A DNA stretch of 64,000 bases from assembly GCA_050942825.1 (NCBI GenBank), contig JBMNOA010000001.1, forward strand, positions 8,354-72,353. The letters run 5' to 3'. The DNA comes from Bacillota bacterium (GTDB taxonomy: Bacteria > Bacillota > Dehalobacteriia > UBA4068). A program made the translations under genes and the position numbers. Every line of letters starts with the position of its first letter. Within the stretch, counting starts at the first letter, position 1. Positions 9,840-21,787 of the stretch are shown here, piece by piece. The notes below the pieces were generated by a model that saw only the letters and a program-made list of their open reading frames with translations, had not been told where the DNA came from and did not search any database.

Positions 9840-10358
9840 CTACAATACTAATACACCTAAAATACCAAAAATAATTATCACTAAGGCTGGATGAATCTTG
9901 GTAAACAAGATTAAGCAAACTGCTGCGGCACAAAAAATAATTTCTATAGTATTGCTCACACCTTCCCAAGCCAAAATCGCTCCGGCATAAGCAATTAATC
10001 CCAGCATGACGGGGCGAAGCCCACTCAAAACGCCTTTTATAATATAACTTTCCTTATTTTTAATAAGTATATTAGAAAGGGTGATGATTATTATAAGAGG
10101 AGGAATGGTAAGCCCCAACATGGCAAATATCGATCCCGGAATACCGGCTATATTATAACCTATGTAAGTTGCACTATTTACTGCCAACGGACCCGGGGTC
10201 ATTTCCGAAAGGGCTACTATATTGGTAAAATCCTCCACAGACAACCAAGCATGGTTATATACTACCGCATCTTGGATCAAGGGCAGCATTCCTAAGCCAC
10301 CACCAAAACTAAAAAATCCGATCAGCACAAAAGTGCTAAATAACTCCCAAAGCATCAA
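9840..10358 (-). CDS. chrA: Chromate transporter (short-chain CHR), second subunit
   Basis: GFFSFGGG and SEMTPGP..VNSATYIG motifs. Confidence 0.9.
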   Translation of the reverse strand: MMLWELFSTFVLIGFFSFGGGLGMLPLIQDAVVYNHAWLSVEDFTNIVALSEMTPGPLAVNSATYIGYNIAGIPGSIFAMLGLTIPPLIIIITLSNILIKNKESYIIKGVLSGLRPVMLGLIAYAGAILAWEGVSNTIEIIFCAAAVCLILFTKIHPALVIIIFGILGVLVL

Positions 10359-10936
10359 ACAACCCCCTTATCGGGATCCTTTTCAGGAGTCGGTCTTTTT
10401 CTGTTAGCAAAAATTATCCCTGTCAAAGCCCCGGCAACAATAATAACAAAGGGATGGATATCGGTTAAAACTAGCAATATGAATGCAATCGTTATGGCTA
10501 CAATATCGAATTTAGATTTTATGATTCCGGTAGCCATCCTTACGGCCATAGCCAAAATCATACCGGCAACGGCAGGTGCCGCTCCGGCAAAGAATTTATT
10601 TACCCAAACATTATCGGAATATTGCAAGATAAAGCTAGCTAAAAGTATTATTATAAAAAAAGGAACCAATACAACAGAAAACACGGCTAATATTGCTCCC
10701 TTAACCCCCCTTAATCGATATCCTAAAAATACAGCGGCATTAATAGCAAAAGGACCTGGAGTCGAATTAGTTATTGTAATCATATCTATAAACTGTTTTT
10801 CATTCAGCCATTGTCTTTTTTCAACAACCTCTTTTTGTAAAATAGGTAACATAGCCATACCACCGCCAATCAAAATAGCCCCTATTTTGACAAAAATAAT
10901 AAAAATTTGCCAATATGATTGTTTTTGTTGTAACAA
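10355..10936 (-). CDS. chrA: Chromate transporter (short-chain CHR), first subunit
   Basis: KIGAILIGGG, STPGPFAINAAVFLGY; overlaps its partner gene. Confidence 0.9.
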   Translation of the reverse strand: MLQQKQSYWQIFIIFVKIGAILIGGGMAMLPILQKEVVEKRQWLNEKQFIDMITITNSTPGPFAINAAVFLGYRLRGVKGAILAVFSVVLVPFFIIILLASFILQYSDNVWVNKFFAGAAPAVAGMILAMAVRMATGIIKSKFDIVAITIAFILLVLTDIHPFVIIVAGALTGIIFANRKRPTPEKDPDKGVV

Positions 10937-11113
10937 AAAAAATCAACCCCTGTTTCTTATTGGTTAAAATTAATTATATCACTATAGCATAATAATTAAC
11001 ATTAAATTATTTATTTTCATATATATTTTATCTCGATTGATAAAATATATATGAATTTGGTAAAATATAGTTGTGGTTTATATGAAAATATGGAAAGGAT
11101 GTGCAGATTTTTG

Positions 11114-12076
11114 ATGGAAAAATCTACTGATGCTAATATATATGATTTATTGATCGTAGGAGGTGGACCGGCCGGCCTGGCGGCAGCTATCTATGCCGCT
11201 AGGGCGAAAATGAATATGCTCCTGTTGGAAAAAGACGTTCCCGGAGGACAAGCAGCACGTACTAAAAAACTTAATAATTACCCGGGAGCAAAAGTCGATT
11301 CCAGCGGACCTCAACTTATGGAGGACTGGCTGAACCAAGCTATGGGGTTTGGTGTTAAAATCAAAAGAGACGAGGTTATCGATGTACAACTAGAAGGCGA
11401 AATAAAAAGCGTAACTACAAAAAAAAATAAAGTATATAATGCTTATGCTATCATAATCTGTTGCGGTATTTTGCCCCAAAAATTAGAAATACCCGGAAAA
11501 AAAGAATTAATGGGTAAAGGAGTCTCTTATTGTGCGACTTGCGATGCTCCTTTTTTACAGGACAAAGAAGTTTTTATTTTTGGCGCCGGAGATAATGCCT
11601 TAGAAGATGCTATAGTTTTGACACGCTTTGCCAAACACGTCAATATAGTTATTCCCTTTGAAGCAAACGCTATGTCCAATGCAGCTCACTTCGAACAAGC
11701 ACAAGCAGACCACAAAGATAAAATCAATCTATTCTGGAATCATCAAATAACCGAAATAAAAGGTACAGAAAAAGTCTCTTCTCTAGTTTTACAAAATAAC
11801 GAAACGGGCGAAACAAGCGAACATTCCGCTGAAGGAGTCTTTTTCTTTACCGGCATGGCCCCGCAAACAGATATTTTTCGAGGCAAAATAGATTTAACCT
11901 CGGACGGTTATATTATTACCGACGAAATGATGCAAACCTCTCTGCCGGGGATATTCGCAGCCGGAGATATCAGAGAAAAATTTCTACGTCAGGTCGTAAC
12001 GTCAGCCAGTGATGGCGCTATTGCGGCCACTGCCGCCGGACAATATGTAGAAGCATTAAAAAAAGGCAAAGATTGA
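11114..12076 (+). CDS. trxB: Thioredoxin reductase-like flavoprotein
   Basis: GGGPAG FAD motif, GVSYCATCD, TSLPGIFAAGD; HRR motif missing. Confidence 0.88.
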   Translation: MEKSTDANIYDLLIVGGGPAGLAAAIYAARAKMNMLLLEKDVPGGQAARTKKLNNYPGAKVDSSGPQLMEDWLNQAMGFGVKIKRDEVIDVQLEGEIKSVTTKKNKVYNAYAIIICCGILPQKLEIPGKKELMGKGVSYCATCDAPFLQDKEVFIFGAGDNALEDAIVLTRFAKHVNIVIPFEANAMSNAAHFEQAQADHKDKINLFWNHQITEIKGTEKVSSLVLQNNETGETSEHSAEGVFFFTGMAPQTDIFRGKIDLTSDGYIITDEMMQTSLPGIFAAGDIREKFLRQVVTSASDGAIAATAAGQYVEALKKGKD

Positions 12077-12180
12077 CCCTTCGATTTTTAATGCCATATA
12101 TTGTTGAATAATCGCTGTATATGTAGTAGAATTATGAAATGTAATCAAATAAAAGATTAATCTCTTGTGGGGGTATTATC

Positions 12181-14679
12181 ATGCAAAAAGAAGTGGAAAA
12201 TAAAGAAACAGCGCCAAAATATGATTTTCAACAAATAGAGACAAAATGGCAAAAAGAGTGGGAAAAGTCCGGAATCTACAAAGTCACTGAAAAAAAAGAG
12301 CAAGAAAAATATTATCTTTTGGAGATGTTCCCCTATCCTTCCGGCAATTTGCATATGGGTCATGTAAGAAATTATTCCATAGGAGATGTGATAGCTCGTT
12401 ATAAAGCAATGAAAGGCTTTAATGTGCTGCACCCTATGGGATGGGATTCCTTTGGCTTACCCGCCGAAAATGCCGCGATCAAAAGAGGTGTTCATCCTGA
12501 CCCCTGGACAAGAGAGAATATTGATAATATGCGTAAACAACTTAAAAAGATGGGTATCAGTTATGATTGGGATAGAGAATTGGCTACCTGCCTGCCCGAT
12601 TATTATCGCTGGACTCAGTGGCTTTTTCTGCAACTTTATAAAAAAGGTTTAGCCTATAAGAAAAAGGCTGCTGTCAACTGGTGTCCTTCCTGTGCTACTG
12701 TTTTAGCTAATGAACAGGTTGTTGACGGTTCCTGTGAACGTTGTGACAGCCCGGTAGAGAAAAAGGATCTGGAACAATGGTTTTTTAGAATTACTGATTA
12801 TGCCCAAAGACTTTTGGATGATCTGGATAAATTGCCTGGATGGCCTGATAAAGTAAAAATCATGCAGGAGAACTGGATTGGACGCAGCGAAGGCGTGCAA
12901 ATCGAATTTACCAGCACTAAGGGACATGCTTTGCCGGTATTTACTACCAGGCCGGACACTATCTTTGGCGTTACCTATATGGTCTTGGCACCAGAGCATC
13001 CCCTTGTGGCGCAATTAATTGCAGGCACAGAATATGAGGCTCCGGTAAAACAATTCATCAACAAAGTACAAAAGCTCTCGCAAATAGACCGCACCTCCGC
13101 TGACTTAGAGAAAGAAGGTATACCCATTGGGGCCTATGCTATTAATCCGATGACTGGGGAAGAAGTTCCTATCTGGATCACCAATTATGTTTTAATGGAT
13201 TACGGAACCGGTGCTGTCATGGGCGTTCCCGCTCATGATCAAAGAGACTTTGATTTTTCCATCAAATACGGCTTGCCGATCAAACAAGTCATAGCTGCCC
13301 CGGACTATGATGGCAGTAAACTGACAAAAGCTTATGAAGATATCGGAGTATTGATTAATTCTCCCGGCTTTAATGGTCTTATTAATAAACCGGACGGCAT
13401 CGACAAAATAGTTGATTATATGGAAGAAAAAGGCATTGGCAAAAGAGTAGTCAATTATCGTCTAAGAGACTGGCTAATCTCCCGCCAGCGTTATTGGGGT
13501 GCTCCTATCCCCATCATCTATTGTCCTAATTGCGGAGAGGTTGCTGTACCAGATAGTGATTTACCCGTAATGCTGCCTACTGACGTGCAATTCAAACCGA
13601 CCGGAGAATCTCCCCTTAAAACCAGCCCCACCTTCAACAAAGTCAAATGTCCTGTTTGCGGCGGTGCCGATGCCACTCGCGAAATGGATACAATGGATAC
13701 TTTCGTTTGCTCTTCCTGGTATTTTTTGCGCTATTGTGACCCCCACAATGATCTGGAAGCTTTTAACAGGGATAAAGTCGACTATTGGATGACTGTCGAC
13801 CAATATATCGGCGGTGTGGAACACGCTATTTTGCATCTAATGTACGCCCGCTTTTTCTGCAAAGTGCTTTATGATATAGGTCTTGTAGGAGTAGATGAAC
13901 CTTTTGCTAACCTGCTCACTCAGGGTATGGTCTTAAAAGATGGCAGCAAAATGAGCAAGTCCAAAGGCAATGTAGTAAGTCCCGAAGAAATCATTGGTAA
14001 ATACGGTGCTGATACGGCGCGTCTGTTTATCCTCTTTGCTTCCCCGCCGGAAAGAGATTTAGAATGGAATGACTCTGCCGTAGAAGGCTGCTACCGCTTC
14101 TTGAACAGATTCTGGCGTTTGGCTCATGCATTAATGGCTGTGCCAAATATTAGCGACTCTCTGGAACAAATAGAATTAAACCAGCAAGACAAAGACGCCA
14201 GAAGAGCTGTTCATACAGCTATCAAAAAGGTCAGTGAAGATATCTCTTTGCGCTTCAATTTCAATACTGCTATTTCAGCCATTATGGAAATGGTGAATTC
14301 TCTTTACACTTATTTAGACAGCAAAAATCCCAAAGGCCCTGTAGCCAAAGAAGCTGTTGACAGTATGCTTATATTGCTGGCTCCTTTTGCTCCTCATATA
14401 ACTGAAGAATTATGGTATCAATTAGGCAACCAAGACAGCGTCCACAGACAAAAATGGCCCAATTATGATAAAGTTGCTCTCTCCCAAGAAACGGTGAAAA
14501 TCGTCATCCAGGTGAATGGCAAGATAAAAGAGCGTCTGGTCGTTGCCAATGGTCTCGATGCACAATCCTTGGAAAAAGTAGTAAAAGAAAATCCCTCTTT
14601 TCATCACTGGATCAATGATAAACAGGTGATAAAAATCATCGTAATTGCTAATAAGTTAGTAAATATAGTCGTCAAATAA
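12181..14679 (+). CDS. leuS: Leucine--tRNA ligase
   Basis: [28 protein letters not shown]. Confidence 0.99.
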   Translation: MQKEVENKETAPKYDFQQIETKWQKEWEKSGIYKVTEKKEQEKYYLLEMFPYPSGNLHMGHVRNYSIGDVIARYKAMKGFNVLHPMGWDSFGLPAENAAIKRGVHPDPWTRENIDNMRKQLKKMGISYDWDRELATCLPDYYRWTQWLFLQLYKKGLAYKKKAAVNWCPSCATVLANEQVVDGSCERCDSPVEKKDLEQWFFRITDYAQRLLDDLDKLPGWPDKVKIMQENWIGRSEGVQIEFTSTKGHALPVFTTRPDTIFGVTYMVLAPEHPLVAQLIAGTEYEAPVKQFINKVQKLSQIDRTSADLEKEGIPIGAYAINPMTGEEVPIWITNYVLMDYGTGAVMGVPAHDQRDFDFSIKYGLPIKQVIAAPDYDGSKLTKAYEDIGVLINSPGFNGLINKPDGIDKIVDYMEEKGIGKRVVNYRLRDWLISRQRYWGAPIPIIYCPNCGEVAVPDSDLPVMLPTDVQFKPTGESPLKTSPTFNKVKCPVCGGADATREMDTMDTFVCSSWYFLRYCDPHNDLEAFNRDKVDYWMTVDQYIGGVEHAILHLMYARFFCKVLYDIGLVGVDEPFANLLTQGMVLKDGSKMSKSKGNVVSPEEIIGKYGADTARLFILFASPPERDLEWNDSAVEGCYRFLNRFWRLAHALMAVPNISDSLEQIELNQQDKDARRAVHTAIKKVSEDISLRFNFNTAISAIMEMVNSLYTYLDSKNPKGPVAKEAVDSMLILLAPFAPHITEELWYQLGNQDSVHRQKWPNYDKVALSQETVKIVIQVNGKIKERLVVANGLDAQSLEKVVKENPSFHHWINDKQVIKIIVIANKLVNIVVK

Positions 14680-14685
14680 ATATAT

Positions 14686-14725
14686 AAAAAACTCGATCCA
14701 TTATCATAATGAGTCGAGTTTTTTT
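14686..14725 (+). terminator. leuS terminator
   Basis: ACTCGAT...GTCGAGT hairpin plus T-run. Confidence 0.7.
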
Positions 14726-14739
14726 ATACATTTAATAAT

Positions 14740-14792
14740 TTTACATATTTTTTACAATAAGTACTATTAATTTTTTACAAATATGTTTTACA
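14740..14792 (+). promoter_or_regulatory. Putative Pho boxes
   Basis: Four TTTACA hexamers (14740, 14751, 14774, 14787) upstream of pstS; first pair 11 bp apart, like PhoP TT(A/T)ACA repeats. Confidence 0.65.
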
Positions 14793-14811
14793 ATAAAAGA
14801 ACAGTTAATAT

Positions 14812-15720
14812 ATGAAAGGTAGCGATAAGATATTAATGAAAAAGGGAATATTTTTCTTAGCCATAGCTATAATCATTATCCCCTGTATATTAATAACAGG
14901 CTGTAATTCAAATAAAACGATTGAGGCCCCGTTTGATGCTTCCCAACCCATTAACGTGGTTTCACGTGAAGATGGTTCAGGAACAAGAGTAGCATTTATT
15001 GAGCTTTTGGGCATTGAAGAAAAAAATGCCGACGGTACGAAAAAGGATCATACCACCAAAGAAGCTATCGTTACTAATAAAACTGATGTCATGCTAATCA
15101 ATATCGCTGGAGACAGATATTCAATAGGTTATGTTTCTATGGGATCTCTCAATAATAACGTTAAAACAGTGAAGATTGACAATGTAGCCATCTCCGCCGA
15201 AAATGTGCAGAACGGCACCTATAAATTAACTCGCCCCTTCAATATCGCTATAAAAGGAAAAGCAAGCGGCTTGACTAAAGATTTTATTGACTTTATTTTA
15301 AGCTCAGAAGGCCAAAAAGTGGTAGCCCAAAATTATATCTCAATCGATAATGATGCCCCGCCATATACCAGAACTAAGACAGCAGGAAAAATCGTAGTGG
15401 CAGGCTCCTCTTCTGTGACTCCTGTGATGGAAAAATTAAGAGAAGCTTATTTATCGATTAATCCTAATGCAGAAATAGAAGTGCAACAAAGTGATTCTAC
15501 TTCCGGAATGAGCGGAGTAATCAACGGCACCTGTAATATCGGTATGGCCTCCCGAGAACTCAAAGATAATGAAGCTGCTGAGCTAACTTCAATCCCTATC
15601 GCTTTAGATGGCATAGCCATTATTGTTAATCCCACTAATATTTGTAACAATCTTAGCAGTGAACAAGCAAAAAATATTTTTACAGGTAAGTTCACTGTGT
15701 GGGATGAAATATTTCAATAA
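14812..15720 (+). CDS. pstS: Phosphate ABC transporter substrate-binding lipoprotein
   Basis: Lipobox LITGC, SREDGSGTR, AGSSSV; first gene of the pst operon. Confidence 0.93.
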   Translation: MKGSDKILMKKGIFFLAIAIIIIPCILITGCNSNKTIEAPFDASQPINVVSREDGSGTRVAFIELLGIEEKNADGTKKDHTTKEAIVTNKTDVMLINIAGDRYSIGYVSMGSLNNNVKTVKIDNVAISAENVQNGTYKLTRPFNIAIKGKASGLTKDFIDFILSSEGQKVVAQNYISIDNDAPPYTRTKTAGKIVVAGSSSVTPVMEKLREAYLSINPNAEIEVQQSDSTSGMSGVINGTCNIGMASRELKDNEAAELTSIPIALDGIAIIVNPTNICNNLSSEQAKNIFTGKFTVWDEIFQ

Positions 15721-15766
15721 GATATAAAAATATTGCTAATTATTATCCGCCTAAAAGGAAACAAAT

Positions 15767-16624
15767 ATGAACCAAAAATTCAAAGAAAAATTCATGAGTA
15801 TAATATTTCTTATCTGTGCCTGTATTGCTATTATAGCTGTTCTTTTTATTTGTCTTTTCCTTTTTCAAAACGGCATACCGGCTATGAAAGAAATTAGTTT
15901 GTTTAATTTTTTATTAGGAAAAGAATGGACACCATCAGACATCCCGCCTTCATTTGGTATATTCCCCATGATTATGGGCAGCATTTATATTACTGCCGGA
16001 GCTATTTTATTCGGTGTACCCATAGGCATACTTACGGCGGTTTTTATGGCCAAATACTGCCCTGATAAACTATATAAAATATTAAAGCCGGCTGTGGATT
16101 TATTAGCGGGGATACCGTCCATAGTATACGGCTTTTTTGGCTTAGTGGTACTTGTTCCTCTCATTAGCGATCTTTATGGCGGGACAGGCAATAGTATCTT
16201 AACCGCCTCTATCCTATTGGGTATTATGATTTTACCAACTATAATCGCTATCAGTGAATCGGCTATCAGAGCGGTTCCCGATAGCTATTACGAAGGCTCC
16301 TTGGCCTTAGGCGCAACTCATGAGCGGGCTGTCTTTCGCACTATCCTGCCGGCGGCCAAATCAGGCATTTTGGCCGGTGTAGTCTTGGGCATTGGGAGAG
16401 CTATCGGAGAAACCATGGCCGTGATCATGGTCGCGGGTAATCAAGCCCGCATGCCAGTAGATATACTAAAAGGTGTTCGGACTTTAACAGCTAATATTGT
16501 AATTGAGATGGGTTATGCCGCGGATTTACATCGTGAGGCTTTAATAGCAACAGGTGTGGTGCTTTTTGTCTTTATCCTACTTATAAATGCTATATTTGCA
16601 GTGCTTAAGAGGAGGATGGATTAG
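15767..16624 (+). CDS. pstC: Phosphate ABC transporter permease PstC
   Basis: [24 protein letters not shown]. Confidence 0.96.
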   Translation: MNQKFKEKFMSIIFLICACIAIIAVLFICLFLFQNGIPAMKEISLFNFLLGKEWTPSDIPPSFGIFPMIMGSIYITAGAILFGVPIGILTAVFMAKYCPDKLYKILKPAVDLLAGIPSIVYGFFGLVVLVPLISDLYGGTGNSILTASILLGIMILPTIIAISESAIRAVPDSYYEGSLALGATHERAVFRTILPAAKSGILAGVVLGIGRAIGETMAVIMVAGNQARMPVDILKGVRTLTANIVIEMGYAADLHREALIATGVVLFVFILLINAIFAVLKRRMD

Positions 16625-17494
16625 ATGAAACAACCCATTAATAAACCAACTCTAGAGCAAAAAATAAAAAATTCATTGCGCCATCCTGTATCGCTACTGA
16701 TATTTTTGCTGGTGATAGCAGGTGCTATAGCCACCTTTTTCATACTTATATACCTAATAGCCTATATTTTAGCCAATGGTATACCATACCTCACTCCATC
16801 CCTTTTCGAAATAAAATATACCACAGAAAATGTATCTTTATTACCCTCTATCATCAACACCTTACTTATTACCTTGGCTTCTTTGGTCATTGCGGCTCCC
16901 CTAGGTATCTTTACCGCTATTTATCTGGTAGAATACGCCAAACGCGGTAATAAGTTTATAGAGATAATACGCTTAGCCACAGAGACATTATCCGGCATAC
17001 CGTCTATTGTCTACGGCTTATTCGGGCTATTATTCTTTGTTACCACTATGGGCTGGGGCTATTCCCTTTTAGCCGGTGCTTTTACTTTAGGAATCATGAT
17101 ACTGCCTCTTATTATACGCACAACCGAAGAAGCTTTAAAATCGGTACCTGACCAATACAGAGAAGCCAGCTTTGGATTAGGGGCTGGCAAATTAAGGACA
17201 GTATTCATAATAGTCCTGCCCTCAGCCCTGCCGGGGGTTTTAGCGGGAATAATATTGGCTATTGGCCGAGTGGTGGGAGAAACGGCAGCTTTAATCTATA
17301 CTGCCGGTACAGTTGCTCAGATTCCTTCTAGCCTGCTGGATTCGGGAAGAACTTTGGCTATTCATATGTATGCTCTTTCCAGTGAGGGGTTGCATACCAA
17401 TCAAGCTTATGCAACAGCAGTGGTACTGCTGATCATGGTGTTAATCATAAACTCTCTGTCCGCTTTTATTGCCAAAAGAATTACTAAAATATAA
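16625..17494 (+). CDS. pstA: Phosphate ABC transporter permease PstA
   Basis: [23 protein letters not shown]. Confidence 0.96.
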   Translation: MKQPINKPTLEQKIKNSLRHPVSLLIFLLVIAGAIATFFILIYLIAYILANGIPYLTPSLFEIKYTTENVSLLPSIINTLLITLASLVIAAPLGIFTAIYLVEYAKRGNKFIEIIRLATETLSGIPSIVYGLFGLLFFVTTMGWGYSLLAGAFTLGIMILPLIIRTTEEALKSVPDQYREASFGLGAGKLRTVFIIVLPSALPGVLAGIILAIGRVVGETAALIYTAGTVAQIPSSLLDSGRTLAIHMYALSSEGLHTNQAYATAVVLLIMVLIINSLSAFIAKRITKI

Positions 17495-17508
17495 AAAGGG
17501 AAATAATT

Positions 17509-18258
17509 ATGGATAAAATTAAAGTAAAAAACCTAGATTTATATTATGGGGATTTTCACGCCTTAAAAGAAATTAATATTAACCTACAGCAAAAGCTCAT
17601 TACCTCTTTTATCGGACCTTCCGGCTGCGGCAAATCGACCTTCTTGAAAACCTTGAATCGTATGAACGACTTGATCGATGACTGTAAAATTTTTGGCGAA
17701 ATACTTTTAGACGGTGAGAATATATATAAAAATATGGATATCAATCATTTACGTAAAAAAGTTGGTATGGTCTTCCAAAAGCCTAATCCTTTTCCTATGA
17801 GTATTTATGATAATATCGCTTACGGTCCTCGTACTCATGGTATAAAATCTAAAGTAATATTGGATGAAATAGTAGAAAAAAGTCTTTCAGCAGCCGTTAT
17901 CTGGGACGAAGTCAAAGACAGACTAAAAAAAAGTGCCCTGGGTCTTTCCGGCGGACAGCAACAGAGGCTTTGTATTGCCAGAGCTTTGGCCGTAGAACCG
18001 GAGGTTCTCTTGATGGATGAACCAACCAGTGCCCTGGACCCTATTTCTACATTAAAGATAGAAGAACTTGTATTAGAATTGAAAAAAAACTATACTATAA
18101 TAATAGTAACGCATAATATGCAGCAAGCAACCAGAATATCTGATAAAACAGCTTTTTTCTTAATGGGAGAAATAATTGAATTCGACACCACACAAAATCT
18201 CTTTTCTATGCCAAAAGACAAACGTACTGAAGATTATATCACGGGTAGATTTGGTTGA
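17509..18258 (+). CDS. pstB: Phosphate ABC transporter ATP-binding protein
   Basis: [31 protein letters not shown]. Confidence 0.98.
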   Translation: MDKIKVKNLDLYYGDFHALKEININLQQKLITSFIGPSGCGKSTFLKTLNRMNDLIDDCKIFGEILLDGENIYKNMDINHLRKKVGMVFQKPNPFPMSIYDNIAYGPRTHGIKSKVILDEIVEKSLSAAVIWDEVKDRLKKSALGLSGGQQQRLCIARALAVEPEVLLMDEPTSALDPISTLKIEELVLELKKNYTIIIVTHNMQQATRISDKTAFFLMGEIIEFDTTQNLFSMPKDKRTEDYITGRFG

Positions 18259-18287
18259 CTATAATTTATCAGAAGGAGTGCTCTATT

Positions 18288-18944
18288 ATGAGAAGTAGAT
18301 TTGCTCAAGAGCTGGAAGCTCTTAATAATGAGTTGATTGAGATGGGCATGTTAATTGAAGAAGCTATTAATATTTCCGTAGAAGCTCTTATCAAACAAGA
18401 TGCCAATCTAGCCCGTCAAGTTATTGAAGATGATATTATCATCAATAATAAGGAAAGGGATATCGAGAGACGTTGTCTTAGGCTTTTGCTGCAACAACAT
18501 CCTGTGGCTAGAGATTTACGTATGATTTCCAGTGCTCTGAAAATGATTACCGATATGGAAAGAATTGGTGACCAAGCCTCCGATATCTCCGAAATTACAT
18601 TACGTCTGATTGGTGCCGAATATATAAAAAAAATCGTTCATATACCGATGATGGCCGAGTCTACCATCAAAATGGTTAAAGACAGCATAGATGCCTTTAT
18701 TGACCATGATTTAGATCAAGCCCAAGCTGTTATCGAATATGATGATGTGGTCGATGATCTCTTCGATATTATCAAAAATGACCTGATCAAACTCATACAT
18801 CTCAATGCAGAAAATGGTGAACAAGCAGTAGACCTTTTAATGATCGCCAAATACTTAGAACGTATAGGCGATCATGCCGTAAATATCGCTTCCTGGGTAG
18901 TTTTCTCCATTACAGGTAAGCATAAAAACGAAAGGGTTGTCTAG
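18288..18944 (+). CDS. phoU: Phosphate signalling protein PhoU
   Basis: QHPVARDLR, DMERIGD, YLERIGDHAVNI; SD AAGGAG. Confidence 0.97.
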   Translation: MRSRFAQELEALNNELIEMGMLIEEAINISVEALIKQDANLARQVIEDDIIINNKERDIERRCLRLLLQQHPVARDLRMISSALKMITDMERIGDQASDISEITLRLIGAEYIKKIVHIPMMAESTIKMVKDSIDAFIDHDLDQAQAVIEYDDVVDDLFDIIKNDLIKLIHLNAENGEQAVDLLMIAKYLERIGDHAVNIASWVVFSITGKHKNERVV

Positions 18945-18946
18945 AC

Positions 18947-19627
18947 GTGTCCAGAAATCAAATTTATGTTGTAGAAGATGATGAAAATATTCGGGAACTG
19001 GTTATCTACGCTTTAAAAAACAGTGATTTTGATGTCCGGGGCTTGGCCTGTGGTGATACGCTTTTTTCAGAAATAGAAAAAAAAATACCTCACCTAATAA
19101 TTTTAGATATCATGCTTCCCGGTGAGGACGGTTTAACGATCCTGAAAAAACTTAAAAATAATATTCAAACTCATGATATACCGATAATTATGTTGACTGC
19201 AAAATCTACTGAATATGATATAATCAAAGGTCTGGATCTGGGAGCTGACGATTATATCAGCAAACCTTTTGCCGTTCTGGAATTGATCTCTCGGATAAAG
19301 GCCGTATTGCGGCGTAGCAAGTCAACGGAAAAAGCAGTACTGTTGAGCTATGGCAGTATATCTGTTGATCTTAATAAACGCATGGTTTACGTAAATGATA
19401 ATACAGTAAATCTAACATTTAAAGAATTTGAATTATTAGTCTGCTTATTACAAAATAAAGGTATAGTTTTAAGCCGTGATAAGATACTATCCAAAGTCTG
19501 GGATATCGATTTTGAGGGAGAAACGCGCACCGTAGATATGCATATCAAAACATTAAGACAAAAACTTGGTGAGGCAGCAAGTGTGATAGAAACGATCCGA
19601 GGCGTTGGTTATAAGATAGGAGGTTGA
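18947..19627 (+). CDS. phoP: OmpR/PhoB-family response regulator (PhoP/PhoB)
   Basis: VEDD, LDIMLPG, GADDYISKPF, winged helix TIRGVGYK; pst context. Confidence 0.85.
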   Translation: MSRNQIYVVEDDENIRELVIYALKNSDFDVRGLACGDTLFSEIEKKIPHLIILDIMLPGEDGLTILKKLKNNIQTHDIPIIMLTAKSTEYDIIKGLDLGADDYISKPFAVLELISRIKAVLRRSKSTEKAVLLSYGSISVDLNKRMVYVNDNTVNLTFKEFELLVCLLQNKGIVLSRDKILSKVWDIDFEGETRTVDMHIKTLRQKLGEAASVIETIRGVGYKIGG

Positions 19628-19631
19628 TATC

Positions 19632-21299
19632 TTGAAAAAAAAGATATATTCCAGCCTATGCACCATCAGTATTATAATCGTGGTTTTAACCTCGCTGGCA
19701 ACATTATTAGTATATTATAATATGTTTATTAACCAGGTTAAAGAGGATTTAAAAAGCCAAACTTCTATTATTGCCAACAACCTCAATCACTCCCGGCAAG
19801 ATTATGAATATCTGGAAAATCTAGAAAAGGTGTCCGGCAATATTCACATTACTTTGGTCAGCCCTGATGATAAGGTCATTTATGAATCACCCACAGATGT
19901 TCCAAATAATAATAGACAAATATTTATTATGGCCCAAAAGCACGGGTATGGTGAGTTTATAAGCAAATCCCCTGCCTTAGGATATAATACTTATTATTAT
20001 GCTCGAAAGCTTAATAACAACTCCATATTATGTATCAGTACAGAAACAAGTAACTTCGGTTCCATTTTCATCAATACCTTACCAATAATTTGCCTGATCA
20101 TCGCTCTGGTCTTTTTTGTAGGGATGATTTTCTCTGCCAAATTGACGAAAAAAATTGTTCAATCAATGGAAGATATGGCCGACCATATCGATAATGCCAA
20201 CGATTATCCCTTTTATGATGAATTGGCACCGTTTATTAACAAAATACGAAAACAAAACCAGCAAATAAAAGACCATTGTTATACGCTTAGAAAAGAAAGA
20301 GATATCATCAATACTATCACTGATAATATGCAAGAGGGTCTTATTTTGATAGACAACAATCGCAACATCCTATCAGTAAACAAAAGCGCTATAAAACTTT
20401 TAGCAGCTCAAAAAGATGATTATACAGGAAAGCATATACTTACCTTGTCTCGCTCCAGTGAAATTATAGAATCTGTCAATGAGGTTTTGGCGGGAAATAA
20501 CATCAGCACTATTTATAAAAATAATGATAAATATTATCGGATTTTTCTCAATCCGGTCCATAACAACCATAAAATCAATGGTGCTATGATACTAATTGTT
20601 GATGTGACCAAACAACAGCAAGCAGAAAAAATCAGGCATGATTTTACAGCCAATGTTTCTCATGAATTAAAAACCCCACTGACATCTATCTATGGATTTG
20701 CGGAAATGATAGAAAAAGACATGGTTTCCAATAAAGAGGATCTCAAAAAATTTGCGGTCCAAATTTGTAAAGAATCTTTGCGCATGATTTCTTTGATAGA
20801 TGATATAATACGCCTTTCTCAAATTGAAGATGCCTCCACCAAACAATTAGAAAAAGTTAATATTTATCAAATTTGTCAAGAGGTTATTTCATCACTGCAA
20901 TTGATCGCTGATCAAAAACAGATTGAATTAAAGCTGACAGACCAACCTGCTTTTATTTATGCCAATCCTCAAATGATAGACGAACTTATATACAATCTTT
21001 GTGATAATGCCATCAAATATAATAAAATTGGCGGCTCTGTGCATATCTCAACATATAACACACAAAGTGAGGCTGTAATTTCAGTCAAAGATACCGGCAT
21101 AGGCATTTCAGATGCTGATCAAGACAGAATTTTTGAGCGCTTTTACAGAGTAGATAAAAGCCGTTCTAAAGCAACTGGTGGTACAGGATTAGGCCTGTCT
21201 ATCGTTAAACACATCGTGGAATATCATAAAGGAAATATAAAGCTCGAAAGCACACTTGATCGGGGGACCAATATTACTGTAACCCTACCCATAATATAA
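19632..21299 (+). CDS. phoR: Sensor histidine kinase PhoR
   Basis: ANVSHELKTPLT H-box, PAS region, RFYRVDKSRS, GTGLGL. Confidence 0.88.
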   Translation: MKKKIYSSLCTISIIIVVLTSLATLLVYYNMFINQVKEDLKSQTSIIANNLNHSRQDYEYLENLEKVSGNIHITLVSPDDKVIYESPTDVPNNNRQIFIMAQKHGYGEFISKSPALGYNTYYYARKLNNNSILCISTETSNFGSIFINTLPIICLIIALVFFVGMIFSAKLTKKIVQSMEDMADHIDNANDYPFYDELAPFINKIRKQNQQIKDHCYTLRKERDIINTITDNMQEGLILIDNNRNILSVNKSAIKLLAAQKDDYTGKHILTLSRSSEIIESVNEVLAGNNISTIYKNNDKYYRIFLNPVHNNHKINGAMILIVDVTKQQQAEKIRHDFTANVSHELKTPLTSIYGFAEMIEKDMVSNKEDLKKFAVQICKESLRMISLIDDIIRLSQIEDASTKQLEKVNIYQICQEVISSLQLIADQKQIELKLTDQPAFIYANPQMIDELIYNLCDNAIKYNKIGGSVHISTYNTQSEAVISVKDTGIGISDADQDRIFERFYRVDKSRSKATGGTGLGLSIVKHIVEYHKGNIKLESTLDRGTNITVTLPII

Positions 21300-21373
21300 A
21301 AGATCAGCATCAAACTTGTACTGTACCCTTGGCTATGTTAAAATTAATTTGTATATATATTAGGAGGAATTCC

Positions 21374-21742
21374 ATGTCTATCAAAGAGTCCGGCGAGAAC
21401 TATTTAGAAACTATTTTGCTGCTGCAAAATAAAAAAGGATATGTACGCTCTATAGACATAGCCAATGAGTTAGATTATTCTAAAGCCAGCATTAGTCGAG
21501 CTATGAGCATATTAAAAAAAGCAGGATATATATCTATGGCTAAAGACGGACAGATTTTATTAACGGACAAAGGACATAAAAAGGCTAATGAAATCTATGA
21601 AAGACATCAATTAATTACCCAATACCTAATTACTACTTTAGATCTTGACCCACAAATAGCAAACCAGGATGCCTGTCGCATAGAACATATTATCAGCCAA
21701 CAAACTTTTGATAAAATAAGATCATTAATGCAAAATAAATAA
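21374..21742 (+). CDS. DtxR/MntR-family metal-dependent regulator
   Basis: ESGENYLETI, VRSIDIA, YERH, DACRIEH; SD AGGAGG. Confidence 0.9.
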   Translation: MSIKESGENYLETILLLQNKKGYVRSIDIANELDYSKASISRAMSILKKAGYISMAKDGQILLTDKGHKKANEIYERHQLITQYLITTLDLDPQIANQDACRIEHIISQQTFDKIRSLMQNK

Positions 21743-21787
21743 GAAGAAATATAAAGCTGCCCTCACATAGGGATTTTATATCCCTAA

